A stretch of 64,000 nt of DNA from an uncultured bacterium (GTDB taxonomy: Bacteria > Patescibacteriota > Minisyncoccia > Phycocordibacterales > UBA9973): positions 34,269 through 98,268 of the forward strand of contig CAIQAL010000016.1 in NCBI GenBank assembly GCA_903869825.1. Direction: 5' to 3'. The translations under genes were made by a program, and so were the position numbers. Numbering within the stretch: the stretch's first letter is position 1; every line of letters begins with the position of its first letter. The notes beneath the pieces were generated by a model that was given only the letters and a program-made list of their open reading frames with translations, searched no databases and was not told the origin of the DNA. Below, one piece after another: positions 51,071 to 57,456 of this stretch.

Positions 51071-52618
51071 TTACTTTTTCACTCCGTGCTTCTTGTGCAA
51101 CTTCATTACTTCCTCTTCTTCCCTTTCTTCTTTTTTTTCTTTGCCTCTTTCTCCCAATGTCCTTAAGGTATTGTCCGGCAAAATGTTCAAGGACTTTGCT
51201 AGTTCGATTAGGTGCTCTTCTTTGTTTTTGCTCGGGTCATCAAGGACTTCTTCCAATAATGCATTTAAAATCCAGCCTATTCTAGGTCCGGGATTTATCC
51301 CAATGTCCTTTATTAAAATATTCCCATCAATCCTCAATTGGGCAACCGAAATCGGATCACGCAGAGCTTCCTCTATCATAGCAAAATATTTACGCAGACG
51401 ATACGGTGCCTCTTTTTTCTTCATTCCAACTCTGTCACATTCTCTCACCTTCATTAAATCCCAAATATTTTCTTTTCCAACTCTTGCAACAATTCTTCGA
51501 ACAGCGGATAAAGTTATCTGTTCCGTGTCGGAAAAAAACATGTGGGTGTGGATAAGTTTTTCCACCATTTCAATATTTTTTTTTGGAAATTTTAATCGCT
51601 CCAAAATTATTTTTGTCATCCGTGCACCGACAACTTCATGACCATAGAAAGTATATTTCTTTTTCCCCGGGGTAACAGAAAGACGTCGGGACCTTGGTTT
51701 CCCGATATCGTGCATTAGGGCTGCGAGCCTTATCTCTAAAGACCAATCCTTGTCAGCCGCATGTTGTAGGGCGTGCAACAAATGATTCCAAACATCAAAG
51801 AGATGAGCCCCTCCTTGCTCGCACCCTATCCCCTCTTCGAGTTCCGGAATAATATTTTTTAATAAATTAAATTTTTGCAGCAACAAAATTCCAGCACTTG
51901 AATTTTCGGACATAATTATTTTTACAAATTCATCACGTATTCTTTCTTCCGATATTTTTTTTATCAACAAAGAATTTTTTAAAATACTTTCTGTGGTTTC
52001 GTGAGAAATTGAAAAACCAAGTTGCACAGAAAATCGTACTGCTCGTAACATCCTTAGCGCGTCTTCCCGAAATCGGTCGTCGGGTTTCCCTACTGTCCTT
52101 AAAACTTTATTTTCAATGTCCTTTAGCCCATCAAACATGTCCGTTAGACTGTACATGTCCTTTATCTTTCTAACTGCCATGGCATTAACGGTAAAATCCC
52201 GTCTCTTAAGGTCATCCTCAAGCTTGTCACTGAATTTGACCTCATCTGGATGCCTAAAATCACTATATTTTTCCTCAGTTCGGTATGGAGTGACTTCAAT
52301 GATGTTATATTCGGGCTGCCCCTGCCTGTCGGCAGGTACGTCGCGAATAACATCACCCGCTGACGTTTCACGAATAACACACACTCCAACCGTTCCAAAG
52401 TTATTTTCATAGACAGTCTTTTCAAAAAGTTTGATGATTTGTTCCGGCCTAGCATTAGTTGTGACATCCCAATCCTTCGGTTCTCTATTAAGAATTAGAT
52501 CCCTGACACAGCCACCGACCAGGTAAGCTTCAAAACCGGCGCGCTCAAGAGTGTCGGTTACATGTGAAACTTCTTTAGGAATTTTGTGCAGAAAATTTTT
52601 GTTGTTAATCGAGTTCAC
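51071..52618 (-). CDS. cca: CCA tRNA nucleotidyltransferase with HD domain
   Basis: VGGCVRD..DWD, RRDFTVNA, EDALRMLRAVRF, ERI, HDIGK. Confidence 0.95.
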   Translation of the reverse strand: MNSINNKNFLHKIPKEVSHVTDTLERAGFEAYLVGGCVRDLILNREPKDWDVTTNARPEQIIKLFEKTVYENNFGTVGVCVIRETSAGDVIRDVPADRQGQPEYNIIEVTPYRTEEKYSDFRHPDEVKFSDKLEDDLKRRDFTVNAMAVRKIKDMYSLTDMFDGLKDIENKVLRTVGKPDDRFREDALRMLRAVRFSVQLGFSISHETTESILKNSLLIKKISEERIRDEFVKIIMSENSSAGILLLQKFNLLKNIIPELEEGIGCEQGGAHLFDVWNHLLHALQHAADKDWSLEIRLAALMHDIGKPRSRRLSVTPGKKKYTFYGHEVVGARMTKIILERLKFPKKNIEMVEKLIHTHMFFSDTEQITLSAVRRIVARVGKENIWDLMKVRECDRVGMKKKEAPYRLRKYFAMIEEALRDPISVAQLRIDGNILIKDIGINPGPRIGWILNALLEEVLDDPSKNKEEHLIELAKSLNILPDNTLRTLGERGKEKKEEREEEEVMKLHKKHGVKK

Positions 52619-52626
52619 TTACGTTG

Positions 52627-52697
52627 TGCGGCTAGGGAGAATCGAACTCCCGTCTCATCCTTGGCAAGGACGTGTTCTACCACTAAACCATAACCGC
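52627..52697 (-). tRNA. tRNA-Gly(GCC)
   Basis: GCGGTTA/TAGCCGC acceptor, TTGCCAA loop, TTCGATT. Confidence 0.95.
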
Positions 52698-52824
52698 AGG
52701 TTACTTTTTAATGCATTTATTATATTATTATTTATGACATATTGCAATTGATAAAAATATCCGTGAGACTAAAGGCTAAATCTGTAATATACAAGTTTTC
52801 TCAATTATAGTATAATAGTTTTAC

Positions 52825-52896
52825 GCACCCGTAGTGAAATGGATATCATGCCTGCCTTCGAAGCAGTTGTTGGGGGTTCGAATCCCTCCGGGTGCA
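52825..52896 (+). tRNA. tRNA-Arg(TCG)
   Basis: GCACCCG/CGGGTGC acceptor, CTTCGAA loop, TTCGAAT. Confidence 0.93.
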
Positions 52897-53155
52897 CAAA
52901 CGAAAAGACAAACTTTATAAAAATTCTTGTCCTTTAATTTTTCAAAACGTTATCAATTATACCTATTTTTGACTCAATCTGGGGATAACTATGTTAGTAA
53001 TGTTTATAAAGGACACCTATTATTTTTGTCTTTTAAATCATTTTTTGTTATTATACATTGTTAAATATAGATATTTTGTAAAAGACAGATAATTTATCAA
53101 TTTAGTTTCACGTGAAACGTGAGTGATGATGGTTAAACGTGAAACGTAACTATTT

Positions 53156-53526
53156 ATGCCTTGAGTTTTACTTCTAGGACTCAACAAATAGGAGAAATAG
53201 GTAAAAACATATTAGAACAAAATCACACAAAAAACGGGAAGAGCTAAATATTAACCGAAAAAACTAGTAGAATTTATTTTGTTTAAGTAAAGAGTGTTTC
53301 ACGAGAAACACTGAATTTGGTTTCTTGTGTAACAAACAACGAATACCATCCCGAGGAAAATATTCACCCTTCAAAGATGAAAAGGATGTCACGGACAATT
53401 CAAACCTATCTTTTGTCCAAGAAAATTACTGACGAGAACGAATGGAAAGTAGATCTCCTTGTCATATATTTAGGTTTAAAGAATAAAAAAGCGCGAATAA
53501 AAGTTGTGGAAGATCTAATTTTATAA
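53156..53526 (+). pseudogene. yraN: YraN family nuclease remnant
   Basis: fragments FTSRTQQIGEIGKN, YFV*VKSVSRET, PEENIHPSKMKRMSRTIQTYL..WKVDLLVI; stops, frameshifts and a deletion. Confidence 0.8.
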
Positions 53527-53581
53527 TATACTAAAAATGCTTAAGTTAAACGGGCTTGCCCGCCGAAGCTTTTAAGCATCA

Positions 53582-53652
53582 CGGGCTGTAGTATACCGGT
53601 AGTACAAGCGCTTTGGGAGCGTTTAGACTGGGTTCGATTCCCAGCAGCCCGA
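53582..53652 (+). tRNA. tRNA-Pro(TGG)
   Basis: CGGGCTG/CAGCCCG acceptor, TTTGGGA loop. Confidence 0.95.
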
Positions 53653-53656
53653 CATT

Positions 53657-53727
53657 GCGGGATTAGTTTAATGGTAAAACGTCAGTTTTCCAAACTGAGG
53701 TTGGGAGTTCGATTCTCCCATCCCGCA
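53657..53727 (+). tRNA. tRNA-Gly(TCC)
   Basis: GCGGGAT/ATCCCGC acceptor, TTTCCAA loop. Confidence 0.95.
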
Positions 53728-53773
53728 CATAAAGTTTTGTATATATCTCCTTTTTTCCTGTATAATAGTCCTT

Positions 53774-54517
53774 ATGATATACATCATATTAATAAGTTTT
53801 GGGGCGTTAGTGGCAACTTTTTTAGGTGGCATTTTTGCTTTACAATTTAAAGACAAACTTCACCTAATTTTAGGTTTTTCAGCTGGAGCAGTTATCGGCG
53901 TAGCATTTTTTGATTTACTTCCGGAAGCACTAAGCTTAGCAAGTAAAACTTATAGTATTCCATTTATTACTTCCATTACCGCTCTCGGATTTATTGTTTA
54001 TGTTGTGCTCGACCGATTTGTATTTTTTCATTCTCACGGCCACCACGAAGGAGAAGATAATGCTCGAGAGCAAAAAAATATTGAGCGAGGAATCCTTGGG
54101 GCGGGGAGCCTTTCTATTCATAGTTTCCTTGATGGAATGGCAATCGGGCTTGCATTTCAAGTCTCTGTGGCGGTTGGCGTTATCGTGGCAGTAGCTGTAC
54201 TTGTCCATGATTTTTCTGATGGAATAAACACAGTCAATATGATTTTAAAAAACAATGGCTCTCGGGTGCTTGCTTTTAAATGGCTCCTGGCTGATGCAAT
54301 TGCACCGGTATTTGGAATAATTTCCACTTTATTTTTCTCAGTAAAAGAGTCAACTTTGGGAATTATTTTGGCTATTTTTTCTGGGTTTTTTCTATATATC
54401 GGTGCCTCTGATTTGTTGCCAGAAAGTCATCATAATCACCCAACTATTTGGACCACCGCTTTAACCGTTCTTGGTTTTGGAATTTTATTCGGAGCTATTA
54501 AACTTGCTGGGATATAA
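53774..54517 (+). CDS. ZIP family metal transporter
   Basis: FSAG..DLLPEA, His-rich loop, HSFLDG, HDFSDG, DLLPESH. Confidence 0.93.
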   Translation: MIYIILISFGALVATFLGGIFALQFKDKLHLILGFSAGAVIGVAFFDLLPEALSLASKTYSIPFITSITALGFIVYVVLDRFVFFHSHGHHEGEDNAREQKNIERGILGAGSLSIHSFLDGMAIGLAFQVSVAVGVIVAVAVLVHDFSDGINTVNMILKNNGSRVLAFKWLLADAIAPVFGIISTLFFSVKESTLGIILAIFSGFFLYIGASDLLPESHHNHPTIWTTALTVLGFGILFGAIKLAGI

Positions 54518-54538
54518 ATCTAAACAAATATTTGAAAT

Positions 54539-54567
54539 TAAAAAAACCCCTAATTCGGGGGTTTTTA
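54539..54567. terminator. bidirectional terminator
   Basis: AAAAACCCC-TAATTCG-GGGGTTTTT between convergent genes. Confidence 0.75.
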
Positions 54568-54581
54568 ATATTTAAAAGTAT

Positions 54582-55712
54582 TTATTTCCAGTTAGCACTA
54601 ATTATTGAGCCAATTTGAAGGAACGCCCCTGGATTTTGGGCTCCGGTTACTTTGAAATGTAAATGTGGTCCAGTGGAGTGTCCAGTTGATCCTTCATATC
54701 CTATTACATCTCCCTGAGAAACCCTCGCTCCAACGGTAGTGGCAATTTTTGACTGATGGCCGTATAAAGTTTGAGTGCCGTTTGAATGAGAAATTACAAC
54801 CATGTTTCCGTAACCACCATTAGAACCATTGCGGGCAAAGATTACTGTACCATCGGCGGCAGCCAAGATTGGTGTCCCTTGGGAAGCAGCGAGATCAATC
54901 CCTCCTCGATCATGTAATCCTTGAGTCAACCGGGCTCCCGGCATCGGATTCATAAAATAACCAGAAATACTTGCAATCTTGTGAGTGTCATAATAGTTAC
55001 TTTTCTTGGTATTCGAACTTTTAACAGGTTTATCTCCTCCTTCGTCAGTCATAGTGCCATCAGGAATAATGAGCTCGTCGCCAATTACCAACTTGGCATC
55101 AGAAGTAAGACTATTAAAGTCCGCAATATCACTAGGGTCTACTTTATATTTTAGTCCTAAGCTTTTTAAAGTTTGCCCCTTGGTTACTGTTACTTTAACT
55201 CCAGAAACCGGCAAAATGATCAAAACCGTGTCTTTCACGAGTTTGTCTCCCTTTTTTAAATCATTCGCCCAAAGAATCGTATTGGCAGAAACATCATACA
55301 TATCAGCAATTTTTGCTACCGTATCACCATCTCTTACAACATAGATACTAATATCTTCGGAGGATGCGTCGATATTGTCTGTCCCATCTGAAACTCCAGC
55401 CGGCCCCGTAACAGCCGCAAGAACATTCCCAGACAGGGTGTTAGAGTCTAGACTGTCAATGACACTGATATCTTTAGTTTTTCTTTTTTTGTCTGCGATA
55501 ATAGATGCAAAAGAAACATTTGGCTGCTGAAGCTCCATGCTTTGTGAATTAAAAGCTTCATCAGGTTGTTTTCCTGTATTGGTATTGGCCGAAGCGTTGT
55601 TGCCAAACAAATCTCCAAAAAAGTCTGCTTTTGAGTCCCGGGGCACAAAAACTCCTCCGAGAACTAGGGAAGTGACCAGTAAAAAGTTAAATATTTTAAA
55701 TTGAGGTTTAAT
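54582..55712 (-). CDS. LysM-domain M23 family peptidoglycan endopeptidase
   Basis: two LysM (YVVRDGDT..ILWAN), HxxxD, LYGH, STGPHLHF; frame open upstream of GTG 55646 through a signal peptide, start proposed at ATT 55712. Confidence 0.9.
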   Translation of the reverse strand: MKPQFKIFNFLLVTSLVLGGVFVPRDSKADFFGDLFGNNASANTNTGKQPDEAFNSQSMELQQPNVSFASIIADKKRKTKDISVIDSLDSNTLSGNVLAAVTGPAGVSDGTDNIDASSEDISIYVVRDGDTVAKIADMYDVSANTILWANDLKKGDKLVKDTVLIILPVSGVKVTVTKGQTLKSLGLKYKVDPSDIADFNSLTSDAKLVIGDELIIPDGTMTDEGGDKPVKSSNTKKSNYYDTHKIASISGYFMNPMPGARLTQGLHDRGGIDLAASQGTPILAAADGTVIFARNGSNGGYGNMVVISHSNGTQTLYGHQSKIATTVGARVSQGDVIGYEGSTGHSTGPHLHFKVTGAQNPGAFLQIGSIISANWK

Positions 55713-55985
55713 AAATAAAACAAAATATCGCGGGAATTCCTTTTTTGCCTATATGATATAAGGCAAAATACAGGACGACCAAAAAGTACTGCACAAATAG
55801 GTTCCTACGATGGTTAATATCCTTCAGTTCTTCGGTCAACTAAATCTTGCTCCTGTTGCTGATACTTATATGGTAGCAAACTAGTGGGGGGAGTCAACCG
55901 AACTGTGGATAATCTCCAAAAAACCTAGTAATTTGGACTATTTTTGATGTTTATGAAAGAAATTATTAAATTGTCAATACGAGGC

Positions 55986-56014
55986 TTGACTTTTTATCTT
56001 GAATATGCTAATAT
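55986..56014 (+). promoter_or_regulatory. sigma70-type promoter
   Basis: TTGACT-17nt-TAATAT with TG extension. Confidence 0.6.
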
Positions 56015-56164
56015 GTAAGAGAATTTTATGCACTTTGAAATCTGGATTTGGTAGTAAATGGATAAATTTTTGATCGGTTATTTTAGTTTCCTTTTCAGGG
56101 GATTGGAATAACCGATTAAATAATTTTCTTAATTCAAATTTTTACTAACCCTAAATCCTTAAAA

Positions 56165-57223
56165 ATGAAAAAAACAATTCTTGCAGTACTGTTGGCTGTT
56201 GTAATGACGGCCTTTGGTCAAATCAAGGAACCTGTTGTTCCTCAAATCCATGTTGCAAAACATGGGGAAAGTGCCTGGAAAATTTCCCGTCTTTATTATG
56301 GGAAAGGAACCTTCTGGCGTGATAGCGTTTTCGCTCAGAATGAATTCCTCCAACAAAGAGGGATCCAATCTGGAACTCACCCAGGATGGGATTATGTAAA
56401 CATCAAGACCGGTGAGTTAGTGCAGGTGGGGGTGGGGGCAATAAAAAAACGGGTAGCTCCTATTCAAAACAACCAAGGAGGCATGGGGGAACCTGCAAAC
56501 AGTGATCTATGGTGGGGTCTTGACCCCTGGACATGGTTATTCATGATTATGGCTTTAATATTTTTCATTCTTTTTATTATCTCTTCGCTAAAAAGAGAAA
56601 GATTGAAAGATAATGAAAAAGAAAAAGACATCCTCTTTTCAAGGGAAAAGGCATCCCTCAAAAAGGAGCTGGAAGAAACAAAAAACAAGCTCCCCATTGA
56701 AGCCCCCGTGTTGGCAGATGCAGAATGGTTAGGAAGTCACTCTCCGGTAGGTGCCCCAATCCCACAAGATGACCCCGTCGCAGCATCTGATGCAATTGCA
56801 AAAGTATATGGAAAAAAACCAGACCTGATAGCTCAGGCTAAGGTTTCAACCGTAGAAAATGCAACCAAGATGAAATTTTCTCATGAACGTACCGCAACTA
56901 CCGGGTTAGACAATGTTAATGTTTACCTTGGTTGGGATTGGAGTACTAAAAAAAGAAGATGGGTTCAGGTTGGTATGTGGGCTGGTGCATGCACAAACGG
57001 ATTTGAAAGCAACCCGGACAAAGTCAAGAAGAATCAGGTTTTTTCAAAAATCGAACCAATTGACAAAAACCATCACCCAATTATCTCAACAGGGAAAAAT
57101 GTTCCCGCAGGGGTACAATACCCAATGATTGTAAAGTCCTTGGTGTTTAAGTACCACAAGGACAACATCGTCGACCTAAAAAAAATCGGCGTGCTGGTAG
57201 AAATACCTCAAAATCTCAATTAA
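56165..57223 (+). CDS. LysM-like domain, signal peptide and internal TM protein (orphan)
   Basis: MKKTIL..TAFG|Q signal; HVAKHGESAWKISRLYYGKG..W LysM-like; central TM. Confidence 0.72.
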   Translation: MKKTILAVLLAVVMTAFGQIKEPVVPQIHVAKHGESAWKISRLYYGKGTFWRDSVFAQNEFLQQRGIQSGTHPGWDYVNIKTGELVQVGVGAIKKRVAPIQNNQGGMGEPANSDLWWGLDPWTWLFMIMALIFFILFIISSLKRERLKDNEKEKDILFSREKASLKKELEETKNKLPIEAPVLADAEWLGSHSPVGAPIPQDDPVAASDAIAKVYGKKPDLIAQAKVSTVENATKMKFSHERTATTGLDNVNVYLGWDWSTKKRRWVQVGMWAGACTNGFESNPDKVKKNQVFSKIEPIDKNHHPIISTGKNVPAGVQYPMIVKSLVFKYHKDNIVDLKKIGVLVEIPQNLN

Positions 57224-57248
57224 TGTGGCAAGTCGTCACTGAATGTTT

Positions 57249-57282
57249 ACAGGCTATCGCAAATCGATAGCCTGTTTTTTTT
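57249..57282 (+). terminator. intrinsic terminator
   Basis: ACAGGCTATCG-CAAAT-CGATAGCCTGT followed by T-run. Confidence 0.85.
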
Positions 57283-57456
57283 ATTTTAAAATTAGTCATA
57301 AACATCGGTCTGAAAATACTTGATAATAAAGACAAACAGACTTTTAATAAAAAATTGACAAATTTATAAATAGTGATATAATATAAAAGTTAATCCTACA
57401 TTTTTTTTCACAAAAAATGGACAGTGTTATTAATATAAGATAAAATATATTTAATT

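Larger units (their letters stand above)
52364..53334. promoter_or_regulatory. cluster of parS-like sites
   Basis: GTTTCACGTGAAAC 53105-53118; TGTTTCACGAGAAACA 53295-53310; variants at 52364, 52556, 53132, 53319. Confidence 0.8.

Noticed and set aside
52900-53150. oriC
   Set aside because: Only one degenerate DnaA box and no dnaA/dnaN nearby
55770-55860. Glycine or c-di-AMP riboswitch
   Set aside because: Only partial resemblance (GGAG..CCGAAG); conserved cores not found, so it is kept as an unclassified candidate
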